Below, one piece after another: positions 12,090 to 26,483 of a DNA stretch of 64,000 nucleotides (position 1 is its first letter; every line of letters starts with the position of its first letter). The notes below the pieces were generated by a model that made no database searches, was not told the origin of the DNA, and saw only the letters and a program-made list of their open reading frames with translations. This DNA is from Spizellomyces punctatus DAOM BR117 (lineage: Eukaryota). The stretch lies in NCBI GenBank assembly GCA_000182565.2, contig KQ257452.1; one strand, 5' to 3'. A program made the position numbers and the translations under genes.

Positions 12090-13989
12090 ATGGAAGCGGT
12101 CGCGGAAGTGCCTTTGGTTACCCCTTTTGGGGCCAATATATCCAAGGAGGTGGGCGATCTGGTCCAATTATGAATAAGCATCTTGATTATCGCCTAGCAT
12201 CTAACATCTTGACTGTCTTTATTATAACTGCCGTCCTGACTCTTAATGGAATCTATGCCAGCATGCGCATACATCATTCGCGCCCCATACCACTTCGTTT
12301 ACTTGTTCCGCCCCTCACTCTACGACCATCTTGCAATCACAAGCTGCTAGTGAGTCTACGTGGACCCAAAGATCTCTTCAGGAAGCAATAATTCAACTTC
12401 CCACAAGTTCGAAAAACGTGTTGGAGGATGCGGATCTGGAACTTGGTGGAGAGCTAAGCGTAGCGGACATAGATGCAATGTTGGATACAGACCCTCGCGG
12501 TCACAATGTTCGCAAAGAGAGCAGACATCTGGGCAAACTTGACTGTGAATCACTGTCCCACTGTCAAAGTCCGGCGGCGAACATCCCACCGCATCATGGG
12601 CCAGAAAGCTCTTGCATGAGCGGCAGTGTAGATGACCCTATGCAAATGTCCGATGAGCCAGCTGCGATCGACGGTGTTGTGTCATCACCATCGTGTGAGA
12701 AAACAGAGGAATGGGCAGAACCTAAGCATTCCGTACAAAGCGAGGAAGGTAGCCCTGAACCCATCAAATTGATTCCACAAGCTGCGACGGAATGCCCGCC
12801 ACGGCCAAGGCGGTCAATGAGTATCGAAAATTTAGTGGCTGAGCGTTTATCTCAGAATCACAGTACATCAAGCTCTCCAGCTTTGCCATCAAGTCCAGAC
12901 CAGCAGGATGGCGTGAGATGTCAGAGTCAGTGCCAAGATCCCTCTACCAATTTCTCCCTCTCTAGAGCCAGGGATCGGCTGGCAGTGGAACGAGTCCTAA
13001 AGAAAGCACCATATCAAAAGGTAGGAGTCATCATCATCTTTACCCCTTAAAATCGACATATTTCATGCTAACCACTGCTTCAGTATCTGCATCAAATTGA
13101 AATTCGTCTGAAGTACGCAATATTTAAAGTGCAGAATGGATGGGAGAAGAAGTCCTTAGCGGAAGTAAAGAACGACTATGTGGATACATGCAGCGTTACG
13201 CCAGGACATAGGAACAGTATAGCGATGATGCAATCATGCAAGAGGCTGTTACCAGATTTTGGTATGCTGCCATTGTACTATTCTGATTGGCGGTTACGTT
13301 ACTAAATCGCTATGTGTATAGAGCATAATTGTGACACACGTTCCGCCAAAAAGAAAGTACCTGCCATCAGAGAAGCCAGACTAGGCAGAACCAACGGTGG
13401 GCTGACAGGAAACCGTCCGAACGACACGGAAGTAACCAATGCGGCCTTGGCCCTTCAATCCCTAAGCAGAGCGGGTACACCACCAGACGTCCCGAAGAAA
13501 GCCCTATCCCCCTGTGCGTCGCGAGCTGTCAAACGAAAACGTGCGGAGGACAGAAAAGCTGCCCAAACCAATCCGCCTGCGGGGCAGTTAGGCATGTCTG
13601 GTATGGCATCGCAATATTTATCAACTGGACTTCAACAAATACAGCAGCAAACCGATTTAGCAAAACGTGCGATACCTTTGTTCACAACGGAATCACAATC
13701 AAAGACTTCCTCAGCACCTGCCACATTTTATGTTCCTCCCTTGCCCTATGCATATACCATTCCTTCGACATCACGCCCATCTTCCGTCAATAGCAATTTT
13801 CCACAACCATTACCAATTTCATTGCGGTCCCAATCCACCAATGACCAGAAACAAAATTCGACTGTCGCTGCTTGGTATGCTTTAGCGCGAGCGAATCAGT
13901 CTGGCGATGTTTCTGGGGGTTTGGGAAAATGCATTGGACCACGGCGACGAAGAGGGAAGCATACGAGCCCCACTCAAAAACTGCCGTAA
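12090..13989 (+). CDS. Whi5/Nrm1-family G1/S transcriptional repressor-like protein
   Basis: Exon 13084-13261, which is missing from the ORF track, encodes YLHQIEIRLKYAIFKVQNGWEKKSLAEVK, matching the Whi5/Nrm1 GTB motif (L..RL.YA..KVQNGW....L.E). The rest is disordered, SP/TP-rich, with AALALQSLS and basic NLS-like stretches. Introns ~12150-12262, 13021-13083 and 13262-13321 keep the frame. Confidence 0.75.
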
Positions 13990-14766
13990 GATTACGATTT
14001 CAATAATATACTCTTGATTTTCAGAATGATATGTTTAAATTTCAAGTATGTTGTGTCGTCATGATGTTCCACCAACTCTCTACGGAGGGTTTCTTGCACC
14101 AGTTATGTGGAACGTATTTTCAAGATGAAATAGTGGTGCGATTTATTTCCCAAGCAAACTGCTTCTTCCTAAGACAAATGCTCGGCTGCAACAGAATGTG
14201 ATCCGCAATACCTACCTTAACCTCCAGAGTCATCGCGAATATTACAGTGTAATGGTAAACGTTGTGCATGCAAATGTTGGAACGGATAAATATTGCTTTC
14301 TCACGCAATCCATACATATACTGTTAGCTGTTACCACACCGTCTTCGAGACATATTCCGAAACCCAAACAACGGCCATGAAGCCTATTAATGACCAAGCG
14401 TGTGCGGATTACCGTTTTGCATGTCAGACAAAAATGGCTACCGGTCTAAGGCAAATGCTCTTAGGAAAGAATTGCTTTGAGTCCCATACTGACGAGCAGG
14501 TCGTCCCCGTAAGGCGTTCAACGGAAATACTAGACGTTGAATTATTCGTTGTATTATGTAATCTAGGATGTTCGAAAGATTCGGACTTTGTCCCTCCATC
14601 CATCCAACCCAGAACCAGATCGCATACACTGTCCCTGCCTTTCCTACGTTTTCCGACAACGCAATTGCTCACCAAATCGCTAGCAATACTGCCTCGTATC
14701 GGATCGTCGTGAAGTAACCATAACCTGCTCGCAGGTATTCGGCCCAATTATCTCAACGGGGTCACA

Positions 14767-17700
14767 ATGGAGACCGTACGCGCCTTCGTAGAGGCAATGG
14801 AAGGCACAAGTAGGTGAAGTGCCGTGTGAAGAGCATACAGGCGAGAACTTTCTATTTTCAGGATATAGTGAGCTAATACCGTTCTATACCAGACATAGAT
14901 CGGAAACTGCAAACTTTAGAGGAGCTTCTCCAAGAGTTTTCGACCATCAGTGTTGCATCCATAGAGGTGAGTGTACTGTACGTGCCCTTTTATAGTCCGA
15001 ATTCGTGCTGTCCACTGTCGAATGTGTTGCTCACATATGAAATATTGATTCGGAAGCCCGACTTGTATGAGAATTTCCTGGATGCGGTTGTGCGTTGCAT
15101 AAAGTCCCCCCAGCTGAAATTGTGTCAACAAGCTCTCAGCTTCCTGCCCGTCCTGTCGGTGTCGACAGATGCTCGTTCTCATAATTCCGCTTCACATTTG
15201 AGAACTATAGTTGTCTTTGCAGCCCCGGTCGTTGTCGAAAGGCTTGCAGATGGCAAAGAGAAAATAAGAGAACTTGCGCAAGCAGCGATTATTGAACTCT
15301 ATCGGATTGTTTGCCGTAGTGTCGCTCATAGCGCGAGCAAAGATTCCAATAAAGAAGGCGGACCGTACGCACAGATGCTGATATTTTTAGACCGAGAAAT
15401 GAAGACAAATGGATTTGGCCACAAAACTCCACGCGGACGAGAACAGGTCATTTCGCTTGCTGAAGTGCCAAATTCCAAAGAATTAGCCCACTTAAAAATA
15501 TATCATAGGCGGTCATATGGTTGGTCCAGTGCGTTCGAGCGGTGCCAGAATTTCCCGTAAAGCAGTATATTCCTCTGCTTGTGAGACTACTGGAGGATTC
15601 GAATGAAAGTGTCAGAAACACAAGCAAGGAGGCCGTAATCGCCGTGTATAAGTATGTATACATTGGCATCCGATGAGGTTCTCTATCTGATTATCTAACG
15701 TAGATTTAAACTGCTGCTACAGTAACACGACCATAAAAGCCATGCGAACCGACATAAAAAAAGAGCTCGTCAAAAATAAAATACGTCAATCGATTGTGGA
15801 TCATATCTTAGCCAACTTTATCGACGGACAGGCCGAGAGTCCCGCAGACACCGTCCCTGATCGGTCAGAGTCGACTTTGTCCGGAACCACCTCTGCCGCA
15901 CTAGGAAACGGGGCTCCAAGACGGGAAACAGGAGCGGTGTCCCCACCAAATAATCTCGCGGGGGGAACATCCGCACCTGATCCCGATCCGATAAATGTAC
16001 CTGATGCTACAGTTTTTGACAAGCATGTTATTACAATATTAATTCCCTATCTTGTAACGCTAGATCGGGTCCAGCAAAGAACTGGAGATGGAGATATCTG
16101 CAATCTGTGTTCTTTTCGAGGGCAAGGAGACTGAGGAAAACTGGAAAGCTCGGGAGGATGCATTGCAGCGCTTGCGCGGCATTTGCCGCGGCACCGCGCG
16201 TCACATTGATGGCTTCATCAATTACATACGACCAGCCACGGAACCAATCACACGAACGGTTTGTTTCAATTGATTCGTTCGGATTACTTCGGAAACGTCA
16301 TCCTCATACAGGTGTTCCATTTGAATATAGATGCACAGTTTGCGTACTGCTTTAGTGATGACGACTTGCACCACCGTAGTCGATATGGTAAACATCCTGG
16401 GCTGCCAGCTAGATCCATTGGTTGACGCGTTCATAGTCAACTTGCTCAAGTTGAGCGGGCAAGCGAAGAAGGTCGTTGCAACCGCAAGTATAAGCGCTAT
16501 CCAGATCCTTCTCCAACGAACTTCGTATCAGCTTAAATTTGTCCAATATTTCCAAATGGCGCTTAGTGATAAGAGTGCAGGTACCCGGAGTGCCGCTGCC
16601 CTCTTTATTAAAACTGTTGTAGAAGTGATGGGATCTTCTGACACCGGCCGGTCGACATTGGAGACAAGCGGTGGACTCGACATTGTAGAGAAAGGCTTGA
16701 AAAAGGGCTTGGCGGATGCAAATGGGCCCGTGCGCCAAACTTGCCGTGAGACGTTTAGCAATTTTCAGAGCGCCTGGCCAGAGCGAGCGGAAATGTGAGC
16801 ATACTTGCCCTCTTTGCGCTAAGGATCAAGGAGCTTGCAGCTGACTTGCAATTTTAGTTTGTTCGATACACTCGATGCCGCCACCCGCAAAGCTATCTCT
16901 CGGGCGAAGTTGTCCTCTGCCCCTGCCAAGATCCGCCCATCGATACGGGCTGTTGCCGCAACTCGATCGGCATTTTCAAACCCAGCCAATGACTCACCCG
17001 CACTTTCGGAAGGAACCGTAGAAGGGATCAACTTCGCTATTGAACCACAGGAGTCTGATCCATTACCAAATGGCCTCAGTTTGGAGGATGGGATTCATTC
17101 TGTCGGGGAACTGCGCGCCGCCACGCCCAAAACTGAAGATCCACAAGACAACAGAGGTATTATTCTGCAGCAACTAATGCATGAGAATGTGGATGAGCAA
17201 GTTCGGGGCTATTGTGCATTAGCAACGCTAGCTCGTCAACATAGCGAACGCGGCATCTCTCTCGAGATGGAGCCCGAGTTCAATCTGGCCATACGCTCAG
17301 CGATTGGACATCTTTTGGAGAAGGGCTCTGAGGACATATCGAGTACGCTGCTGGATGCGGAGTATTTGGCCCCTTTGATAGACAGTAGAATCATTGCGAT
17401 CTCTGAACTGCTCATTCCGATTCTGGCCTCTGCTGGCAGTGGAAATCCAGGGCGCCAGAGTGCGGGCCGGGGAGCCCTTGAATTTGTCAAGGGCAGGTTG
17501 GGTTTTGTGGCCCTCTTGGATATGGTTGTACGGTTCTTGACGAAACCTTCAGAAGCAGATCCATGTCCAGGTGGAGCACAAACGCAGCGTTTAGCCCGAT
17601 GGGGTGCTGCAGAATGGATAGAAAGCACCAATATCGGTACAGAACCGATTCATGGAGAAGTTGCTGCCTACTTTGCGGATCCTAGCAACTGTCAATTACT

Positions 17701-19560
17701 CTTTCATGGTCTTGTCAATCAAATCTCGCACCCGGGAGGCGACGATCGGCGGCTGCTACGGCTGCTACGTCTCGTTCAACAATCACGACCGGACCAGTTC
17801 GCCCACCTGTTAAGCACCTGCGATGACGAAATTACGGAACGTATACAGGAAGAGCTAGGTGTGAAGCGTACGTTGTTAACTTCAAAAGACAGAATCAGTA
17901 GAGGGCCGCCAGCTCTGCTCGGAGTCCATGATCAGTTTGGAGACGGTGAACCCAGTGAAGGCATAACAGTGGAGGACTTGAGCCGAATTGAAGCAGGCGA
18001 AGGCGCAACATTACTGGACATGACGGACATGACATTTGACACGTCATTGATGCTGCAAGGCCATGTCCGCAACTTAATGGATGTAGGTGTCCGCTTTGAT
18101 AGATATAGCAACCGTTTATTAACTGTCCATATTATTTGACTCCAGGAGACAATGCCATATGGCATGGCAGACATGAGCAGTGCTCAAGCCAGCTTTGCGG
18201 TACATCGAGCAGGTGAGACAGCCCTGGTCTGGGCAGTCCAGCAGTCACAGCAAGGAGGTGGATCAGAGGCATGCGAGCAGATGGACATAGCGGTGCCACA
18301 GTCTGCAGACAGTAGTCCCAGGGAATCTGCTAAGCGAAAGGGATCCGAGGGGCCCTCGGCAGGACTGGTAGGGATCAAGCGGGAGCGACGGTCTTCTACC
18401 GAGACAACGCCTTTAAAACCCGGCGCAACACATATGGGTACCAAGTTTGATGGTAGGTAGACAGTCTTGTGCTCCACGGAGGTTGTCATTTTGATAATCG
18501 ACATTTAACGGCTACCAGTATTTTCGGCGGGTACGCCAACGCCAATGCAACTCTCCAAGATAGATAGGGCACGAGAGATTCCAACTTTACTCGACGCAAT
18601 CTCCAAAGGCACTGCAGAGGACACCGTCTGGCGCCGGCTTTACCGGATATGTGACGGCTCTGCAGCACCGGGTGATGATTTTGACGAAGAGGAATATTGG
18701 AACCAATGGTTCGCAGAAACATTGGCTGTACTGCTCAGCTTTTTGCGACGAGGGGGCCAGGTTCGTTGATGCGTGCACAAATTTAATATTCCAGGATTGA
18801 TCATTTATGCTATGGCTTAGAACAAAATGGAACAAGAAACATGCCTATTGCTGTTGACGAGGATGATAGAGAGACTCAGCCAGTATTTTATTGGTCATGA
18901 AGCCGAGCTTCTAATGGTATTACTCCAAGCCAGGAGCGATGGAACAGAGCTGGTGCGTTGCGATGCTTTCCGCCGGGTGATACCGTCTTTTAATATTTCA
19001 GCCTAAAAGGTTTCTGGAAGCGCGACAAATGCATTGTCAATCATGGCAGAAAAACTGGATGGAAGAGCGTGTCTCGACGCATTGCTGAAAATGCTCTATG
19101 AATGGGATATGGCACGTGAACGTCAGCGAAAGATGCTCTCCGTGAGCTCGCGTCTATACTCGGGGCGCTCAAAGACGCTGACTGTCGAATCACTGCCCTC
19201 TTACGAGCCTACCCCGGCTGAGTCGGGTTTAGAGATTTTAGGCACGTTTCTATCAAAAGTCGATGGCGCAGATGTGGAGGAAGACGCTCTCTGGCGCATT
19301 GGAGATATTGGTGCCATGGTAAGGACTCGACATCGCTAGTTAATGCTCTGCTCAAATCATTCCTCATTCGTGCGTCTCCTTAGTACATGAGTTGCCAGGT
19401 CACCGAAACCCGGAGGTTGGCCACTTTATGTCTGGTCGACGTCTATTCGATAGTAGGGGACCGTGTGTGGCAATATCTGGGCAAATTGTCAAAACAACAG
19501 CGAAAACTGTTACAAGTCATTATTGACCGACAACTGCACCGCAAACCCAGTATTTCATAA
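14767..19560 (+). CDS. STU1: CLASP/Stu1 microtubule-associated HEAT/TOG-like protein
   Basis: Motifs VERLADGKEKIRELA, FEGKETEENWKAREDALQRLR, SLRTALVMTTC and KKGLADANGPVRQTCRETF, plus a CLASP-like C-terminus (RRLATLCLVDVYSIVGDRVWQYLGKLSKQQRKLL). Multi-exon. Confidence 0.88.
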
Positions 19561-20070
19561 TTATAGAAAAAGTATGTAGGGTGTACGTAAGGTGATGGGA
19601 CGAGATTAACCCTTGTTTATTGTCCTGCAAGAGGGCATTTGTACATAATATCTGCATTATTTTGATCTGTTTCCATGTGCAGTGCACTGTTGGCTCACAT
19701 ACAACGAGGATCTTATCCCAAAATCGTCATCGATTTGCGCAAGCGTCTACTTTCTCTTTCCCATGTCCGCGCGTGTAGGGTGTTGTCAGCTGTCCTCACA
19801 TGAGCACAGGAGAAGACTTGGGTAAGATGACTGAAAGTCCATCTATAGGCTGGTCGCTTGCGGAACAAATATAGAGTTCAAAGACTCGCGAGGGACAGAT
19901 TCCTTTCAGTTCTTAGCAGCTCTCATGGTAGGAAGCCGCAGGTGGGATGGTCAGACGCTGGGTTGCGATTTACGGCCAGCATTCACTCTCGCTACAGCCG
20001 CAACGGAGATGTTCAACACCATTAGTCTAGTCCCCGAACAACCAAACGATTGCATCTTAAGCGTACCTTA

Positions 20071-23000
20071 TCACTTTCCGCCGGTAACCTTTGCAGATCG
20101 GCCGTACCCGCCCCGTGCACCGCCAGTTCCTTCATAACTTCCTCCTGTTCCACGAGTGCTGACGAAGCCACGACCTCGGCCACCGCTCCCACGATACAAA
20201 CCTCCACGGTGTGCACTACTGCTCATGATGACTGTATGAGGGCGGCCGTTCCAGATGGTGTTCTCTTCAACCGCTTCAACAACCCGAGCAGGTGAGTTGG
20301 ACTTGATGAACCAAAGTCATCCAATAGCAAGAAACCAACCTCGCTTTGCATTTTCACGTTCCCTTTCTTCATAGTTCAATACTAATTGTTTCAAATGTTG
20401 TTTTTCCTCTTGCTCTGCTTCCTGCTTGCTCCTTGTACTAATGACAAATGAGCTGTCGGCGGGAAGAGCCATAGTCTTCACCTACAAGGACAGATTAATA
20501 CATCCAGGTGGCCTATACATAAGGATACGCCATGGAGGATACAAAACACACCTGCTGTTTGTTGCCCTTCTTTGTCAAGAGTGTAAATGCCACCTGTCCG
20601 TTCCCAGCCTCCTCCTGACCTTCCGCTGTGTTCCCGGACTTTATGCGCACAGGAACAGGCGCATCGAAAGTTGATTTTCGATCGTTTCTGCGAGTATCTA
20701 TGCTTTCCTGCATCATTCGACTGAACTGCTGCTCAAAGTCTTCGTCCGCTTCTTCATCGAGCTCATGCTGAACGTGCACCACAACAGTATCTTCATACAT
20801 CTCTCCCTCCTCCTCCTCGTCGTCCTCATCGTCCCTGTCCTCAACATGATCATCATCATCTTCCCCGGTGGCGTTATTACGACGCACCGCTTCATCGTCG
20901 TCATCCTCGTCTTCATCGTCATCTTCCTCGCTCTCCTCTCCTCCCGGTACGTCACCACCAATGCCATTTTGCTCTGCCTGCATCTGCTCTACGGCTAAGC
21001 GATTGACTTCAGCTACCGCTTCCTCATAACTCTGCATCAATTTCAAATTCGGCCGCAGTTGCTCGAATGTTTCGGAAATCATAAAATCCACATCCATGGC
21101 AGGAGGTGGCTTCGTTTGGATGTACATCTGCGACGAATTAGTATATCACCCAATGCGCGATGGAATCTTGAGCGCTTACTTGTAGATAAGCGAGGAACGC
21201 ATCTAGACGTTTCGCGTATGTGCCACGATCAAAGCACTGTCCACAAGTGTCCAAAAGAGTGCAACACAACCGCACACGGAAGAAATCGTGCTGAGCATCC
21301 AGCGGTATCCCCACACCGTAGCGAGGAAGGTTGTTTTCTTAAAGTGTTGAATCGTGTAAGTTAAGATTTACCTTTGCATGATTCAGGCAGCCCAATTCTT
21401 CATTACCATGGCCAAACGAAACAATCAAGAACAATGTGTCAAATATCACCGGGCTTTCCACCATCCGATAGTTATATAATTCTCCAAGGTACTTAACAAC
21501 GGCGATGCGGCGCTGATTGTGCGTGAAGATGTTTTGCTCCAAACCAATTCGCACCTCTTCCAATGTGCTGTCGACAACCGCAACGCCGAATTCGGGATGA
21601 TGGCGAGTCAGCTCACATGCAATGTAGGCTACCATATGGAGATGCGAGAATTTGATCTTCCAGATTTTACAAAATGTTCGCGTGATTATTTGGCGCACTT
21701 TTGGATCCTCCCAGTTCAACTTGCGAAGTTGTTTTGATATTTTATCAACCGTTTTCTTGGTCAGATCGGAAAATATTAATTTCCTGACGTACAGTTCCAA
21801 CGGTGGGCGAGCTTTGGCTACAACAGGTGGTCGGTCGGGCGGATTGCACTGTAGATAAATTGCAACGGTAAGCAAGAAAAAAATGCAGTGATAGCTGAAT
21901 CAATGAATGCGCAACTTATTACTACCTGGTAGAAGGCATTTTCAATCATCAATGCCTGCCGGTTGTCAATGTTTTTGACATTCTTTTTCCGCATAAGAAT
22001 GTCGAGCTAGTGGCGCCATTAACGGGTTACAGTTTATCCTAGATGCAGCATATGTCATCGTCACTTACATAATTGGAGGTCCTAGTACTGGTTTCAGGAG
22101 ACTTGTAAAGGAAGCGCCCGCATGTCTCAAGTAGGGTACATAGCAGTTCCACATTGTGATGCTTGAAATCATCTAAAAGTACTTTTATACAGTGGAACAC
22201 GATATGAAGGGGCGTTACTTTGAACTTTGTCAGTTCGCCAATAAATCGGATGTTCTACAAAACGAAACAATGAGATTAATATAATATAAATATCCGGAGC
22301 GAATAAGACTTTCAGCTAACCTTGATTTTCTCCTCGATGAACACTTGCTCTTTTCTCTTCTGATGGCCATGAAAGGACCTTTCCAGCTAGTAACCGATAA
22401 GCCAAGAGAGTCATTGCAAAATGCAGATGTCAATCCCACTAACCGCATCGACAATGCCAGCTCCAATATCAGGCATATAGGGATTCAACGTTGCAATGAG
22501 ACGTGAATAATAAGGCAGTAAATCCAGTCGCTGCCTAGGAACCGCTAGCAACGTCTTGACCAACTTTTTGCGCGTGCTTTTTGAGTTTAAAAATGCAATG
22601 TCGATGGCAAGTTGGTCAATCGTGTCTCGGTTCAGAGCATTTGGTAATCGATTCAGTAGCGTCTCGAGCGCAGCTTGTGCAGTAGACGAGACGTTCTGAT
22701 TCTTCTCATCCTCATCCTCATCGGCCTCCAGTATGTCCTCTTCCTCCTCCCCTGTCTCATCGCTTGGACTCTCCTCCATCTGAAGAGCATCGTCCTTTTC
22801 ATCGTCCTTGGTATCCGCAGATCGCACGTCTTCCCGACTCTGATCAGCCACCTCATCCGGGGCACCTTCGAGACCTTTGCTTCCTTCATCCAGAGTATCT
22901 TCAGCTTTCTCCTTCTTCTCACCAAGGAAAATCGCTGGCACATGGTTTTTCAGATCTATCAGGTTTTCGTAGAACGCCTTTGCATCGTCATCCTCCCACA

Positions 23001-24528
23001 CACTATGAGTCTCCTATCGTAGAGTTATTGACTCCCAGCTCCTGATATGTTCCATGAACTTATTACGTACCTTATCCTCCTTGTCTGGAGCATTTCCAGT
23101 GATCCCAATTCCAATCCGGGTCATTCCTTCATCTTCGGGGAGATCTGGCATCTCTTGCTCCAAATATTCAGCTAAGGTCTGTGTGCCGCTGAGAAGTTTT
23201 TCGTAGGCTTTCAATCCCTTTTCATATCGCTCCTGGCGATCCTCGCTAATTTCACCTCGAGCAATGTAATGTTCATGATTATTCTTCTCCACTTTTCGGA
23301 TATGCTACAGGCCGACGATGAGTATTGAACGAATGATGCACTTTCGTATGTTCGGCGCATAGGGAAGCAATACCTTATGATCCCGGATCAAGTGACGCTC
23401 AAGGGTTGTATAGTATTCAAGCAAAGTCGCCCTGACTGCTTCTTGCACCTCTTTCGGCACGAAGCTCTGGCGCTAGGGCAGCAACAGTGAGCCATGTGCA
23501 CTTCGAGCACGCAAAGTCGATGCTTCGAAGACAAACCTGCTTTGTAGCTACAGATTCGGTTGACGACAAGGCTTCGTCCTCATCTCCAGTGGTAGCAGGG
23601 TCAGCAGCCACGCTGTCACTGCGATTCCGGCCCTTCTTGGGCAGAACTCCAAGGAACTGATCACCATAGTGCTTGACAAAAGCAACAGCAAGCGATAGGT
23701 TGGCATGCTGCTCCTTATCCGAGGAAAGCTGTACCTTGCAGCTTAGTTTTCGCCTCCTTTGCGTGCCGGACGGACTTCAAATGTAAATACGTACCATATC
23801 TTTAAGTATTACTGAAATTAATCCATCCTTCTGATTGGGTGGATCTTTCGCCACACCGACCAGATAGAGTTCCACAAGAAATCTGAGCATGCTTCGCTGC
23901 TTCCCGATCCTTGCAGATTCTTCTTTTTCTCTCTGGTCTGGTGCCATGCCATACAGCGGTGGCGGAGGACCAAGTTGTTTCACTATCATGGGCACAAGCT
24001 GCGAAGAGAAGTCGGCAAATCTCTGGTGCAGTAGGGAGCTTATCTCAACTGCTGCCCAAACATCGGCGGAGGATTTGAACTTTGCTTCGGAGAGCGCCGA
24101 GACAATCTCTGAAAGATACTTCTCAAGCTTCAGTGATAGTAGTTCCTTCGAAAGCGATGGGAGTTGCTCATGAGTGAGGCTAACTCGGAGCTTCCGAACA
24201 AACGAAGTATTCTTCTTAATTGAGCCATCGAGATTCTTCAAGGTTGATAGATCTTGGAACGAATAATTGGTAAAGCAAGTCACTTAACATGGGTAATAGG
24301 TCATTCCTCACCAGGTCTGCTTATGTAGGCGTCTAAATTCTTCTTTCTAATTTCTTTCTTGTGCTCATATCGGATGAGTGCCTCGTCATCGGCTGCGGAC
24401 AGCTTCAGCGGATGCTGTGCAGAAACCAGGCAGGAAATTTGACGATTAGCTCGGCCAGCTCAACCCAGGACAGTTACAGGTAGATTGAATCATAATCATT
24501 CAACACGTACATCTTGTGACGCTTGCAT
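20071..24528 (-). CDS. UPF2: Nonsense-mediated decay factor Upf2/Nmd2 (three MIF4G domains, acidic region, Upf1-binding region)
   Basis: LKNLDGSIKKNTSFVRKL, WEDDDAKAFYENLIDL, RLDLLPYYSRLIATL, NQRRIAVVKYLGELYNYRM, an acidic tract, FTLLTKKGNKQQ and an RGG-rich last exon. Stop at 20071-20073. Confidence 0.95.
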
Positions 24529-24893
24529 GAACCGCGGAAAGTGACGGGCGAGATTTGCAAAATGTCGAGTTGGAAGGAGGCCAAACTGGTCAGCTACTCG
24601 CGCGGGGCACAGTCATGTTATGAATGTGATGGCAATAAGAAATGTCACACACAGTGCACTTGGACGGATCGAACCTATTGGGTCTGGCGACAGCGAACCC
24701 CTATCTACTACGTACTTGGCCTACTTACACATGCGATAATTAGCCAGAATCCTACTTTTATCTCATATGTTGCAACAATAAATGTGCTGTATTCAAATAG
24801 TGATATTCATATCCTCCAACATACTATGATCTTGGCTGCATTCCTCCAGATTATAAAACTGCAAATACCAAAAGCGCTACAATCACATCGAAA

Positions 24894-26483
24894 TCAAACA
24901 TCCATAAAGGCAGGAAACCCCACACTTTCACCTCCACCACCAGAAGAGATTTCCAGTATATCATTCCATAGCATCACAGCACCACCTAACCCCTCAAATA
25001 ATGACCAAGGGTGATCTGGTACCTTCAGAACATGACGCCTCGTCAGGTCCTCCCACTGCAGTATGAACTCTGCAAACTTCACCGCCCGATGCCAATATAG
25101 CCTCTCATTAGTTAGGAGATAGAGATGGAGGAAGACATATGCATTCCCGCTAGCAATTGGTGCAAGAATCAAGTTGAGGCTGAACCATGAGCGCTAGTCA
25201 CGCCCGATGCATACCTTATGCCATGACAAAGGCCCACTCCTTTGCGCAACAATCCTAGGAATAGGTTGAAAATATTGCCAGTAAGTATCACATAAATGTC
25301 AGCGCCGAAACGGAAGCAATTAAACCTTTCTCCCATACAACATCTGCGGCCAGTTTTGCCGCATCCAAGAACAGCTGATCACGAAAGACCTCGTATGCGC
25401 GGCAAAGACAGAGTGCGGCTCCCGGTGGTCCATGACACCTGAAAATGATAAAGAAACCAGGCATAACGACCCCATCCATGCGGCTGACGTTCTGTCAGTA
25501 ATATCCTACCAATGGACCAGTTCCTTTCCTTCTCTCTCCTCGTCCAACGCCACTGGCCAACCGCCCTGCCTCTTTATCACTTCGCTAGCAACCCACTCTA
25601 GAGTCTCCTTCACACCCTGCAGATCCACACAAACGCCTTCAACCTGACTAGCACGCAAGAGCATACATAGGATGCCGACCACGCCATGCGCGGCGCCTAG
25701 GTAGTATTTATTGTGCCACGACCAGACATATGGACGTCGGGATTCGCATGTTGAGAGAATGGTATTGACTGTTTGGGTGAGAAGATGCGCTAGTGGGAAG
25801 GTTGATGGCAGTATACGGTGGTGGGAGAGGAAGAGGAGTCCATAGAGGTAGCCTTGGCGGTTTTCGTTCAGGATGCCACTCTGAGGGCCAGATGCACTGC
25901 ATGAGCCTCTGTCTCCTCACCTGCACGACCGTACAGAACCTCATTCCACTCCCGAGGATTAGAAATGGCCTCTTTTCCACATAGTTCAATCTCCTGTAAA
26001 GCCCTCTTTTGCAGGTCTGGGACGAGCAGAGCGCTGACCGCCCAAAGACCTGCATCGACGGAAAAAATGGTCAGCCATACCCGTGCTTGGTACAATGAAA
26101 CATTACCACAACTAGACAAGTTTTTCAAATAGGGGTCTATAACACGGGGTAACAGAGAGTCACCTATGCTGCCTACCTGCCTCTCCACAGATAAACCCGA
26201 CGTGGTGCCCGGATGTCATATTGGTAGTCATTTCAACCAATCTATCCGCCAGCTCATTGGACCTACTATTGCCAACCTTCCACAGTACAAGAGCAGCTCC
26301 ACATAATCCGGTGTAGACATCAGCTTTGTTGACGTCAGAAGCCAAATAATGGGCGTGGATGTGAGCTGCACCTGTGGCGATTGTTTGCTGAAAAGCTTGT
26401 TTTTGGTTAGATGTCAAACCCTGGTCATTAGACAATTGAAGATCCTCATGAAGGTACGGATTTGAAATATAGCGACTGGGCAT
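24894..26483 (-). CDS. LanC-like protein (eukaryotic LanCL1/2 family)
   Basis: MPSRYISNPY start, DVYTGLCG, EVLYGRAG, WHNKYYLGAAHG, QWCHGPPG, GLCHGISGNAYVF (Zn-ligand Cys/Cys/His) and PDHPWSLFEGLGG. Confidence 0.92.

Noticed and set aside
24894-26483. LanC-like gene as part of a lanthipeptide (RiPP) cluster
   Set aside because: It is an intron-containing eukaryotic LanCL type; no LanB/LanM dehydratase, precursor peptide or exporter is adjacent (neighbours are UPF2 and NPR3).
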